Origin: a virus | Strand: one strand, 5' to 3' | Length of the DNA: 56,542 nucleotides | IMG/VR virus record: IMGVR_UViG_3300045988_107080 | The notes under the pieces: model-generated | Told to the model about the DNA's origin: nothing | Database searches by the model: none | What the model saw: only the letters and a program-made list of their open reading frames with translations | Position numbers and translations under genes: made by a program | Part shown: one piece after another, positions 1 to 9,400 of the stretch | Layout of the letters: the number at the start of each line of letters is the position of its first letter | Position numbering within the stretch: position 1 is the stretch's first letter

Positions 1-85
1 ATTTTTTTTTCAAATTCTCCATAAAATTCGCGAAAATTACATTCCATATTATGAAGAGAAAGTTAGGATGAAACCGGAACGGTCG
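1..85. repeat. terminal redundancy copy 1 (identical to 56458-56542)
   Basis: Read directly: A-T9-CAAATTCTCC...GGATGAAACCGGAACGGTCG occurs at both ends of the window, and the window stops exactly at the end of copy 2. Confidence 0.95.
27..58 (+). promoter_or_regulatory. conserved bipartite promoter-like motif, copy A
   Basis: TTCGCGAAAA-TTACATTCCATA-TTATGAAGAG. Followed by a non-coding tandem-hairpin segment. Confidence 0.5.
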
Positions 86-175
86 TATACAGACATGTAT
101 GAATCCGTGTAATAAAGTGGATAAACCGGTTGGTGTCGTATGTAGGTATGCATGAATCACCATTCTCTTTTATAT
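59..175 (+). ncRNA. candidate short non-coding transcript with two tandem ~52-nt hairpin repeats
   Basis: No ORF longer than 13 codons. Repeat units lie at about 68-110 and 120-163, with conserved AAACCGG, GTCGTAT and ATGAATC blocks and covarying stems (79-82/105-108 versus 131-135/158-162; inner stems 87-91/96-100 versus 140-144/149-153). The segment sits between motif copy A and a T-rich TTTTATATTT block. Confidence 0.3.
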
Positions 176-177
176 TT

Positions 178-210
178 TTCCGCGAAAATCACATATCCTA
201 TTATGAAGAG
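178..210 (+). promoter_or_regulatory. conserved bipartite promoter-like motif, copy B
   Basis: TTCCGCGAAAA-TCACATATCCTA-TTATGAAGAG, 36 nt upstream of the ATG at 246. Confidence 0.5.
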
Positions 211-245
211 GAAACTCTAATATATTTTTAAAGGATTGACAGATT

Positions 246-446
246 ATGGAAAACAGAACAGTTCAAATCGAAGGTTTATTACTTACAGGTAAAAGTGCGA
301 GTATTATTTCTAGCTTGGCGATAGTCGGAGCTGCAAGTATTATTGGCGGGTTTACTTATGTAACTTATAAACTCGGTCAAAGATCTGCTGAAAAGAAAAG
401 TCTTAAAGATTCAATTAAAAAATTTATAGAGTTATTCGAGAAGTAA
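246..446 (+). CDS. small early membrane protein (one TM)
   Basis: ATG with an upstream AAAGGA. Hydrophobic stretch ASIISSLAIVGAASIIGGFTYVTY. A terminator follows. Confidence 0.6.
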   Translation: MENRTVQIEGLLLTGKSASIISSLAIVGAASIIGGFTYVTYKLGQRSAEKKSLKDSIKKFIELFEK

Positions 447-451
447 AAAGA

Positions 452-480
452 TTGAGCCAACTATGGCTCTTTCTTTTTTA
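452..480 (+). terminator. intrinsic terminator
   Basis: GAGCC-AACTAT-GGCTC stem-loop followed by a T-rich run. Confidence 0.55.
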
Positions 481-559
481 ATTTAGTTTTCATTTTCCGT
501 ACACAGATAACGGAATTTGTTTATATTTTTCTAAAGGATTTTAGAAAGGAGGAAGCAAA

Positions 560-778
560 ATGGAATATTTATTTGCTGTCGTAGGTGTACTTGTCGGGTC
601 GATTATTTCGAACATTATATTTTCTATTCGATACCGGAAGGCTGGAACTCTTAGGATCGATCATTCAAATCCTGAGAAGGATGTCTACAGAATAGAGATA
701 GACGATCTTGACGGATTATCTAAGAAAAAGCATGTCATCCTCAAAGTGGACAATAACGCAAACCTTTCGCAGAAATAA
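560..778 (+). CDS. small early membrane protein (N-terminal TM)
   Basis: RBS AGAAAGGAGGAAGCAAAATG. N-terminus is MEYLFAVVGVLVGSIISNIIF. Confidence 0.6.
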   Translation: MEYLFAVVGVLVGSIISNIIFSIRYRKAGTLRIDHSNPEKDVYRIEIDDLDGLSKKKHVILKVDNNANLSQK

Positions 779-833
779 CAGATCCTATTATGGAACATAT
801 TAGTTCACACAATTTTGAAAGGAGAAATGCAAA

Positions 834-1217
834 ATGAGCATTCCAACATTGTTAGAAGTAGAAATTGAGGATCAGTTCGAGCATTTAAGTAAGGTGGAGT
901 TCGGATCTGAACAGTACAAAGCAGGGGTAGATGGACTTACCAAGCTTCTTGACAGATCTATGGAGATGAACAAACTCGAATATGAGGCTGAGGAAGGACG
1001 AAAGAATCGAGAAATCGATAATGAGTTCAAACAGAAGCAAATGGACGAGGAGAAAAAATCTCGATGGGTTCAGCATGCGATAAGCGTGGCAAGTATAATA
1101 TTGCCAATAGCGGCAGCTGTTTGGGGAACGAAAGCATCATTTAAATTCGAAGAGACCGGAACAGTAACGACAATAATGGGAAGAGGCTGGATTAACAAAC
1201 TACTTCCAAAGAAGTGA
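834..1217 (+). CDS. tail-anchored coiled-coil membrane protein
   Basis: RBS GAAAGGAGAAATGCAAAATG. Charged helical N-terminal part and C-terminal TM ISVASIILPIAAAVWG. Confidence 0.6.
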   Translation: MSIPTLLEVEIEDQFEHLSKVEFGSEQYKAGVDGLTKLLDRSMEMNKLEYEAEEGRKNREIDNEFKQKQMDEEKKSRWVQHAISVASIILPIAAAVWGTKASFKFEETGTVTTIMGRGWINKLLPKK

Positions 1218-1279
1218 GGAACTTAATGTACCAGGGGAGGAGATTATGGAAACATATTCTCTTCCTCTTTATATTTAAA

Positions 1280-1312
1280 TTCGCAAAAAATACAATCGCT
1301 ATTATGAAGGAG
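1280..1312 (+). promoter_or_regulatory. conserved bipartite promoter-like motif, copy C (degenerate CGCAAAAA)
   Basis: TTCGCAAAAA-ATACAATCGCTA-TTATGAAGGAG. The RBS is embedded, and the ATG at 1325 follows. Confidence 0.45.
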
Positions 1313-1324
1313 GTGAAATGCTTT

Positions 1325-1480
1325 ATGCAAAAGCTTAATATCGATTTTGTCAAAGTATTGGGATATTTAGGAGCTGGACTTAGTGTGGCCGCAACGGTCG
1401 TATCAGGTATAGCTCAGAAAAAGTCAATGAATGAGACAATCGCAAAAGAAGTTGCAGAAGCAATGAAAAACCATCAGTAA
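1325..1480 (+). CDS. small membrane protein
   Basis: The track ORF 1214-1480 was trimmed to the ATG 11 nt after AAGGAGG. TM segment is VLGYLGAGLSVAATVVSGI. Confidence 0.5.
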   Translation: MQKLNIDFVKVLGYLGAGLSVAATVVSGIAQKKSMNETIAKEVAEAMKNHQ

Positions 1481-1486
1481 AATAGG

Positions 1487-1510
1487 AGAGGCTCAAAAGG
1501 CCTCTTTTAT
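1487..1510 (+). terminator. intrinsic terminator
   Basis: AGAGGC-TCAAAAG-GCCTCT followed by TTTT. Confidence 0.7.
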
Positions 1511-1541
1511 TTTTAATAGCGAATCTGAAAGGAGAAAACAA

Positions 1542-2330
1542 ATGGGTAAAGAAAATTTAACAAATGTCATTAAGAATATTCAGACGACATTAACAAAGCA
1601 TAGTCCTGAAATTCTTACTGGTCTCGGAATTGCTGGTATGGTGTCGACTACAGTTCTTGCTGTAAAGGCGACTCCGAAAGCTCTTAGGTTGATAGAAAAT
1701 GCTGAAAATGAATTGTCAAATGAGCGTTGCGAAGATGTTAAACTTAAGGTGCTTGATATAGTAAAACTTGTATGGCCTTGTTACATACCTGCCGTTATAA
1801 CTTGCGGAGTATCGATCGCTTGCCTTATAGGAGGAACTACAGTAAATGTTAAACGAACTGCTGCTCTGGCAACAGCTTACAAAATCTCCGAAACAGCTCT
1901 TAACGAGTATAAAGACGCTGTTGTTGAGACAATTGGAGAGAAAAAAGAGAAGGTTGTTAAGGACAAAGTTGCTGAAAAGAAGATTAAGAAAAACCCAGTT
2001 GGCAATAGCGAGGTCATTATAACAAAGAAAGGCGAAACTCTTTGCTATGATGGAGCATTCGGACGATATTTTAAGTCTGATATTGACACTATTAAGAAGG
2101 CCGTAAATGTTATCAACCGAAACATTATTACGGATATGTATGCTTCATTGAACGACTTTTATGACCTTATCGGTCTGAAACCTATCAATGTCGGATACGA
2201 TCTTGGTTGGAATATTGACGATGGAGAAATTGATATTTACTTTAGCTCGCAATTGGCAGAAGATGGCACGCCATGTCTTGTAATTGACTACAGCGTTGCG
2301 CCAAAATGCGATTTCTCAAGTTTTATGTAA
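1542..2330 (+). CDS. membrane-anchored early protein, paralog of 4012-5013
   Basis: Good RBS. N-terminal TM ILTGLGIAGMVSTTVLAVKATPKA and a second hydrophobic segment. AxAYK..EY...VVE..G core and a C-terminal LNDFYDLIGL...GW module, all shared with 4012-5013. Confidence 0.6.
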   Translation: MGKENLTNVIKNIQTTLTKHSPEILTGLGIAGMVSTTVLAVKATPKALRLIENAENELSNERCEDVKLKVLDIVKLVWPCYIPAVITCGVSIACLIGGTTVNVKRTAALATAYKISETALNEYKDAVVETIGEKKEKVVKDKVAEKKIKKNPVGNSEVIITKKGETLCYDGAFGRYFKSDIDTIKKAVNVINRNIITDMYASLNDFYDLIGLKPINVGYDLGWNIDDGEIDIYFSSQLAEDGTPCLVIDYSVAPKCDFSSFM

Positions 2331-2333
2331 AAA

Positions 2334-2366
2334 GACGCGAAAAAAACATTTCATATTATGAAGAAC
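2334..2366 (+). promoter_or_regulatory. conserved bipartite promoter-like motif, copy D
   Basis: GACGCGAAAA-AAACATTTCATA-TTATGAAGAAC, upstream of the gene at 2408. Confidence 0.5.
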
Positions 2367-2407
2367 GTACCACGTTTTTCGATATTTTGTAAAGGAGAGA
2401 CTTTATC

Positions 2408-2686
2408 ATGGAAGAAATCAAAAACGAGAACGTAAATGACATCGAGGAAATCGAAGAGGTTGAGGCAGAGCCTGAAGGATCAGGAGTTATTGAGGTCGCA
2501 GCAATCGTCGTCGGAGCTGTTGTTGCTGTAGGAGCGGGCATTGGAGCCCTCGTCTACAAGAACAGAGAAAAGATTGACGAATGGCGCATCAACAAACTTA
2601 GAAAAAAGGGCTATATGATCTCTAAAATCGAAGATGACAAATGCGTCAATATCGAAGATTCCGATGAAGTAGAAGAAGCGGAGTAA
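2408..2686 (+). CDS. acidic small membrane protein
   Basis: RBS AAAGGAGAG. Acidic N- and C-termini flank the TM VAAIVVGAVVAVGAGIGALVY. Confidence 0.6.
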   Translation: MEEIKNENVNDIEEIEEVEAEPEGSGVIEVAAIVVGAVVAVGAGIGALVYKNREKIDEWRINKLRKKGYMISKIEDDKCVNIEDSDEVEEAE

Positions 2687-2763
2687 AGAAAAACATAAGT
2701 TCTAAAAAGGGTAAGTACCTGTAACAGGGTGCTTTCCCTTTTCCTTTTTATAAGGAGAAAAGT

Positions 2764-3093
2764 ATGGATATTTCTTATGCAGGCTATCTCACGCCAAATT
2801 GTATCGGTTGTAGGCATTGGATGGATGGTACGAAGTACGATTTAGGTTGCGGACATCCAACTGGTGATTGCCGATATTTGAAGACAGATAAAACTAAAAG
2901 AAACCATTTATATTACTATGATGGTCCAGTAATGAGATTTGATGACTGTTTGGTTAGGTCTTGGAATGGAACAACAAGTGCTGTCTCTAAGGAGAAAGCA
3001 AGAGCAAATCTTACCTATCAATGGAAAATTGCTCATGGATATTCTCCAAGATCTAAAATCACATTACCTGGAACACTAATATTAATAGATTGA
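2764..3093 (+). CDS. Cys-rich hypothetical protein
   Basis: RBS TAAGGAGAAAAGTATG. Several Cys/His residues (CIGCRHW...GCGHPTGDC). Confidence 0.5.
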   Translation: MDISYAGYLTPNCIGCRHWMDGTKYDLGCGHPTGDCRYLKTDKTKRNHLYYYDGPVMRFDDCLVRSWNGTTSAVSKEKARANLTYQWKIAHGYSPRSKITLPGTLILID

Positions 3094-3109
3094 AAGGAGC
3101 AAACTGACA

Positions 3110-3721
3110 GTGGAAGACTATAAGCCTAATTCACACAGGTCAAAAGAAAAGGCAGCAGCTGCAGCAAAAACTGAGAAAAAGGTTGAAAAAGTTGTTAATG
3201 GAACTGTAAAAACCAAGAAGAAATCTGAGATGAATAAACTCAAAGACTTATTTATTTCAGAAGATGCGGCGAATGTAAAGTCTTATATTCTCATGGACGT
3301 TCTTGTACCTGCTGTGAAGAAAGCAATCTCGGATATTGTTACGGACGGTGTTTCGATGATTCTGTTCGGAACTACCGGAAATAGGTCAAGTAGAGGCAAT
3401 AGTTCATTTATATCATATGACAAATTTTCTCGAAGAGAAGACGATCGTCGATATGGAAGCGCTCGGACAAGATCGGGATATAATTTCGACGATATTTATC
3501 TCGAAAGCAGAGGCGAAGCAGAGGAAGTTCTGTCGAGAATGGACGAGCTTATTGACATGTACGGTGTAGTTTCTGTAGCAGATCTTTATGATCTTGTTGG
3601 AATAACTGGAAATTATACAGATAATAAATATGGTTGGACAAATATTCGTAATGCAGAACCGGTAAGAGCTATGGGCGGAGGTTACATGCTCAAACTGCCT
3701 AAGGCTCTGCCTATTAATTAA
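3110..3721 (+). CDS. hypothetical protein sharing a C-terminal module with 1542 and 4012
   Basis: GTG start 10 nt after GAAAGGAG. C-terminal VSVADLYDLVGITGNYTDNKYGW resembles the LxDxYDLxG...GW module of the two paralogs. Confidence 0.55.
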   Translation: MEDYKPNSHRSKEKAAAAAKTEKKVEKVVNGTVKTKKKSEMNKLKDLFISEDAANVKSYILMDVLVPAVKKAISDIVTDGVSMILFGTTGNRSSRGNSSFISYDKFSRREDDRRYGSARTRSGYNFDDIYLESRGEAEEVLSRMDELIDMYGVVSVADLYDLVGITGNYTDNKYGWTNIRNAEPVRAMGGGYMLKLPKALPIN

Positions 3722-3733
3722 AGGAGGATATTT

Positions 3734-4009
3734 ATGAGCATTGGATTCACAGATATGGACATTAGGCGGACAGACCCTATGGTAGAGCATCCGTCTCATT
3801 ATATTTCTGAAACTGGACTTGAGACGATCGATGTAATAGAGGCGTTTACATTTGATCTCAAGGGGATAGAAGCAACCGATACAGGCAATATTATTAAGTA
3901 TATTTGCCGTTGGAAACAGAAGAATGGCCTTCAGGATCTGAAGAAGGCAATGTGGTACTTAAATCATCTTATTAATCATGTCGAAAAAATGGAAAAGGAG
4001 AACGACTAA
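3734..4009 (+). CDS. DUF3310-like phage protein
   Basis: RBS AAAGGAGG. HPSHY...ETIDVIEA...GNIIKYICRWKQKNG..DLKKAMWYL matches my recollection of the DUF3310 pattern. Confidence 0.5.
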   Translation: MSIGFTDMDIRRTDPMVEHPSHYISETGLETIDVIEAFTFDLKGIEATDTGNIIKYICRWKQKNGLQDLKKAMWYLNHLINHVEKMEKEND

Positions 4010-4011
4010 CT

Positions 4012-5013
4012 ATGAAAAAGTTCGAAATCACTAAAAACATGACTAGAGCGTTTGGCAAGGCCGGACTTACTTGTAAGAAGTATGCCCCTGAAGCTCTTGT
4101 AATAGCTGGTATCGTAGGTGTCGTGACAAGTGCTGTCATGGCATGTAAGGCAACAACCAAGGTAAACGATATTATCGAAGAGACTAAAGAGAACACGCAT
4201 GATCTTCATCTTGTAGCCACTGCAGCAGGTCTAAAAGAGGCTACGGACGAGTTCTCGAATGAAGATATTCGAAAGATTGATATTCTTTCTTCAAAAGAGG
4301 ACGTCAAGAACTACACTGCACAGGACCTTAAGAAAGACACGACAATTATATATACTCAGACTGCTGTTAAGTTTATAAAGCTTTATGGTCCTTCTGTAGT
4401 ACTTGGCGCTCTGTCTATAACTAGCATACTCGCGTCTAACAATATTCTTCGTAAGAGAAATGTGGCTCTTGCAGCTGCGTATGCTACTGTCGATAAGGGC
4501 TTTAAGGAATATAGAAGCCGTGTTGTCGAACGTTTCGGAAAAGATATGGACCGAGAGCTTAAGTACAACATCAAGGCTAAAGAAATCGAAGAAACTACAA
4601 AAAATTCAAAGGGCAAAGAAAAGACTGTAAAAAAGTCGATAGAAGTCGCTGATGTAAATGAGCATAGTGATTATGCACGATTCTTTGACGAGCTTTGCAC
4701 AGGTTGGAAGAGGGACGCAGAGTATAACCTTATGTTCCTTAAGCATCAGCAGAATTATGCCAACGAAAAGCTGCAGAAGCAGGGATATTTGTTCCTCAAT
4801 GATGTGTATGATATGCTCGGTATTCCGAAAACAAAGGCCGGTCAGGTAGTAGGCTGGATTTATGACGAAGCGCATCCTGATATTTATGATAACTTCGTAG
4901 ACTTCGGAATTTATGATCTGTATAATGAAAAAGCACGCGACTTTGTGAATGGTCGTGAAAAGAGCATTCTTCTTGACTTCAATGTCGACGGCAATATTCT
5001 CGATCTCATCTGA
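4012..5013 (+). CDS. membrane-anchored early protein, paralog of 1542-2330
   Basis: RBS AAAAGGAG. TM ALVIAGIVGVVTSAVMACKATTK, core ALAAAYATVDKGFKEYRSRVVERFG, C-terminal LNDVYDMLGIPKTKAGQVVGW. Confidence 0.6.
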   Translation: MKKFEITKNMTRAFGKAGLTCKKYAPEALVIAGIVGVVTSAVMACKATTKVNDIIEETKENTHDLHLVATAAGLKEATDEFSNEDIRKIDILSSKEDVKNYTAQDLKKDTTIIYTQTAVKFIKLYGPSVVLGALSITSILASNNILRKRNVALAAAYATVDKGFKEYRSRVVERFGKDMDRELKYNIKAKEIEETTKNSKGKEKTVKKSIEVADVNEHSDYARFFDELCTGWKRDAEYNLMFLKHQQNYANEKLQKQGYLFLNDVYDMLGIPKTKAGQVVGWIYDEAHPDIYDNFVDFGIYDLYNEKARDFVNGREKSILLDFNVDGNILDLI

Positions 5014-5027
5014 AAGGGAGACAAATA

Positions 5028-5267
5028 ATGACTGGTAAAGAGTTAATCGTTTATATTTTGCAGAATGATCTCGAAGATGAAGTTATTTTTCAGAACAACC
5101 GTTTTATCGGATTTGCAAGTGAAGAAGAGCTGGCATCTAAATTTTCAGTCGGTGTGGAGACCATCAAATGGTGGTATTCACTCGGCTGGATAAAAGGGGT
5201 TAAAATCGGAAAATCTATATTTTTCCCGGCAGGAATAACCGATCCACGATTGCAAGAACATGAATAA
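5028..5267 (+). CDS. small DNA-binding protein (excisionase/MerR-like HTH)
   Basis: ELASKFSVGVETIKWWYSLGWIKGVKIGKSIFFP resembles an HTH_17-type winged helix. Confidence 0.4.
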   Translation: MTGKELIVYILQNDLEDEVIFQNNRFIGFASEEELASKFSVGVETIKWWYSLGWIKGVKIGKSIFFPAGITDPRLQEHE

Positions 5268-5293
5268 AAACGTTTAAAATGGAGGACTAAAGA

Positions 5294-5911
5294 ATGAACA
5301 GTAAACTGTTATCTTTTCTGGCATTTGTAATGGGTGCCTCAGTAGGTTCGCTTGTCACATGGAAGTGCATAGAGAAAAAGTATAAGCAGATCGCTCAGGA
5401 GGAGATTGATTCTGTTAAGGAAACGTATGCAAAGATGCGAAAGGACGACCTTGAGGCTAAGAAAGTAGATATTGAAGCAGCGAAAGCAAAACTTCATCCT
5501 GCTGAGTCTGAGAAGGCAGAAACTCCTGAAGTTCAGCCCGAAGAAGTAAAGGAGTATGAAGACGTTATAGCTAGACATAATTATACAAGTTATTCAAATA
5601 ATATTAATGAGAAAGGGGGAGACGTGATGACCGATAGACCTTATGTAATTTCTCCGGATGAGTTCGGCGATTATCCGGATTACGAGACGATAAGTCTCAC
5701 ATATTATAATGATAAAGTCCTTACTGACGAGTATAATGAAATCGTAGACGATATCGATGATCTTATTGGAGAGGACTCGCTTAACCATTTTGGTGAATAC
5801 GAGGACGACTCTGTATTCGTTAGAAACGATGCTTTGAAAGTTGATTATGAGATTTTGCTTGATTCTGCAAACTATAGTGATATTGCGCCTCAGAATCAGG
5901 TGGATGATTAA
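5294..5911 (+). CDS. membrane-anchored acidic protein
   Basis: N-terminal TM LLSFLAFVMGASVGSLVTW. Very acidic C-terminal domain (YVISPDEFGDYPDYE...GEYEDDSVFVRND). Confidence 0.55.
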   Translation: MNSKLLSFLAFVMGASVGSLVTWKCIEKKYKQIAQEEIDSVKETYAKMRKDDLEAKKVDIEAAKAKLHPAESEKAETPEVQPEEVKEYEDVIARHNYTSYSNNINEKGGDVMTDRPYVISPDEFGDYPDYETISLTYYNDKVLTDEYNEIVDDIDDLIGEDSLNHFGEYEDDSVFVRNDALKVDYEILLDSANYSDIAPQNQVDD

Positions 5912-6450
5912 TGACAATCGCAGATAAAATTCAAAACGAATATTTTGAATGGTTGTATGACTTAGTTTGCAAGGATAGATATTCAAAGCAAATTTCTTAC
6001 AGAAAGCTTTTGTCATGCTTACACAATACAGAGTTCACTTATATTTTACGAAGAGATAGAAATAGAGCTGAGGACGGATTAAATTTACGATATCGCTTTG
6101 CTCTTCGACATCACGGGGATGAAGAATCATATTTGGATGGCCCGTGTAGCGTTTTGGAAATGATGATTGCATTGGCTATACGCTGTGAGGAAAGCATCAT
6201 GGACAATCCTGCATATGGAGACAGAACTAAACAATGGTTCTGGGGGATGATAGTAAATATGGGTCTCAGCTCTATGACGGATGATGTATTTAACAGGCAG
6301 TACGTAGAAGCAGCGGTCACAAGGTTGCTTAATCGCGAGTATGAACCCGATGGCAAAGGCGGATTATTTACAATTAAGGATTGTGACCGTGATCTACGGA
6401 CGGTTGAAATTTGGTATCAGCTCTGCTGGTATTTGGATGAAATCGTATAA
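5911..6450 (+). CDS. hypothetical protein
   Basis: TAATG overlap with the upstream gene. Clean 179-aa ORF with no motif I recognise. Confidence 0.5.
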   Translation: MTIADKIQNEYFEWLYDLVCKDRYSKQISYRKLLSCLHNTEFTYILRRDRNRAEDGLNLRYRFALRHHGDEESYLDGPCSVLEMMIALAIRCEESIMDNPAYGDRTKQWFWGMIVNMGLSSMTDDVFNRQYVEAAVTRLLNREYEPDGKGGLFTIKDCDRDLRTVEIWYQLCWYLDEIV

Positions 6451-6494
6451 ATAAAAGCTGGAGAAGAGTCTAAGAAAGGAGATTAAATAATGAA

Positions 6495-9400
6495 ATGCTT
6501 GATTTCATGACGGTCTCGACCCGTAACACAAGGCGCGGTATTGTTGAAATCTATCCTACGTTCTTAATGAAGAAAAGCTCAGATCTAATGATTCGTGGTA
6601 GTGATTTCTATGCAGTATGGGACGAAGAACGCGGCTTGTGGTCTACGGAAGAGCAGGATGCATTGAGAATGATCGATGCAGAGCTGAAAAAGTATGCCGA
6701 AGAACATCGCAAAAATTTAGAGTCTGATACAAAGGTTCTATATATGTGGGACGCAGATTCGGGAATGATTGATAAATGGCATAAGTATTGTCAGAAGCAG
6801 ATGCGAGATAATTTTCACATGTTAGATGAGAAATTGATATTTTCAAATGCCAAAACTAACAAGAAAGATTATGCCAGCAAAAAACTCAGCTACCCATTAG
6901 AAAAAGGCGATATTTCAGCATACAACAAACTGATGTCTACTCTATATTCCGAAGAAGAGAGGCATAAGATAGAGTGGGCAATAGGCTCAATTGTGTCCGG
7001 AGATTCTAAAAAGATACAAAAATTCATGGTATTGTATGGCGCAGCAGGAACTGGTAAATCTACAATCTTAAATATTATTCAGCAGCTGTTCGAGGGATAT
7101 TATTCAGTGTTTGATGCTAAAGCACTAGGCTCATCGAATAACTCATTTGCCCTTGAAGCTTTCAAGACAAATCCACTTGTGGCAATTCAGCATGATGGTG
7201 ATTTGTCTAAGATTGAAGATAACACACGCCTTAACAGTCTTGTTTCGCATGAGCTCATGACTGTAAATGAGAAATTTAAGTCAACATATTCTAGTCGATT
7301 TAAATGTTTCTTATTTATGGGAACGAATAAACCGGTAAAGATTACAGACGGCAAATCGGGTCTTATTCGTAGACTTATTGACGTATCTCCTACTGGTAAT
7401 AAGCTTAGCGCGAAGGAGTATAAGGCTACCACTAAACAAATAGCATTTGAACTTGGAGCCATAGCATATCATTGTCAAGAAGTATATTTGAGTGACCCGG
7501 GCTATTATGACGATTATATTCCAATTGCAATGCTCGGAGCATCAAATGACTTCTACAACTTTATTATTGATTCATATCATGTATTCAAGAAAGAAGACGG
7601 TACAACTTTAAAGGCTGCATGGGAGATGTATAAGACATATTGTGAAGAGGCAAAAGTGCCTTATCCATACTCTCAGAGAAACTTTAAAGAAGAGCTGAAA
7701 AACTATTTTTGGGATTTCAAAGAACGTTTTACGGATGATGACGGTTCTAGACTTCGCAGTTACTATAGCGGGTTTAGAACTGACAAATTCGAAGATGGCG
7801 AGTCAGAAGAGAAAAAAGAAGAGCCTAAAACACACTTAATCAAGTTTGATGCTGCAGAATCTATATTTGATAAAGAGTGCGCTGACTGCTTTGCTCAATA
7901 TGCCACATCTAAAGAAACTCCTACTAAGCAATGGGATGAAGTAACTTCCAAACTAAGAGATCTGAATACTCGTAAGCTCCACTATGTAAGAATTCCTGAG
8001 AATCATATTGTCATAGACTTTGACATTAAAGATGAAAACGGTAATAAATCTTTTGAAAGAAACGTGGAAGAAGCTAGTAAATGGCCGGCTACGTACGCAG
8101 AACTTAGTAAGAGTGGAGCGGGTGTTCATCTTCATTATATTTATACCGGTGATCCTACAAAACTTAGTCGCATATATGATGATAATATTGAGATTAAGGT
8201 ATTCACTGGTAAGAGTTCTCTTCGAAGAAAACTTACGAAATGTAATGATCTCCCAATTGCAACTATCAGCTCTGGACTACCGCTGAAAGGAGAAAGTAAA
8301 GTGATAAATTTTGAAGGGGTGAAAAGCGAAAAGGCACTGAGGACTATCATAAAGCGGAATCTTAACAAGGAGTATCATGCTGCAACTAAGCCGAGCATAG
8401 ACTTTATTTATAAGACTCTAGAAGATGCATATTCTAGTGGGATGAAGTATGATGTCTCGGATCTCAAGAATGCAGTACTTGCATTTGGTGCCGGCAGTAC
8501 CAACAAGGCTGACTACTGTATAAAGCTTGTGAACAAGATGAAGTTTAAGTCTGAAGAGCCTTCTGCGCCATCCGATAGTAGTGATGCGAATCTTATATTC
8601 TATGACGTCGAGGTTTTTCCTAATCTGTTTTTGGTTAATTGGAAAGCAGCAGGTGAAGGAAATCCGGTTGTAAGAATGATCAATCCAACTCCTACTGAGA
8701 TCGAAGATCTTATGCGCTTCAAACTCGTAGGCTTCAACTGCAGACGCTATGATAATCATATTCTGTATGCTAGACTTATGGGCTATACGAATGAGCAGCT
8801 GTATAATCTTTCACAAAAAATTGTTATGGGAAGTAGAAACGCATTTTTTGGAGAGGCTTATAACGTATCGTATACGGACGTTTATGATTTTGCAGCTAAG
8901 AAGCAGTCGCTGAAAAAGTGGGAGATTGAACTTGGCATTCATCATCAGGAACTCGGTCTTCCTTGGGATCAGCCTGTGCCTGAAGAGATGTGGACGAAGG
9001 TCGCCGAATATTGTGATAACGATGTTATTGCAACTGAAGAGGTGTTTAATCATCTTAAAGGCGATTTTACAGCTCGTGAGATTCTGGCAAATCTGGCAGG
9101 TATGACAGTAAACGACACAACAAACAGCCTTACAACTCGAATTATATTTGGCAAAGAGCGTAATCCTGAACTGGTTTATACAGATTTGTCTGAGACATTT
9201 CCTGGATATTTTTTCGGAACATGGAAGGATTACTATAATCAGTATCCTGAATATATTCCTAATGATAAAAAGATATATGAGGAAAGACTTAGCGATCATA
9301 CGATGCGTAATCTATATCGCGGAACAGATCTTGGTTTTGGAGGCTATGTGTATGCTGAGCCGGGGATGTATGTAGATCTTGCGTTGCTTGATATTATGAG

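Noticed and set aside
8811-9299. 162-aa minus-strand ORF (and other antisense or alternative-frame ORFs) within the polymerase gene
   Set aside because: It lies inside a gene whose PolB motifs are unambiguous. It has no RBS and low-complexity sequence.
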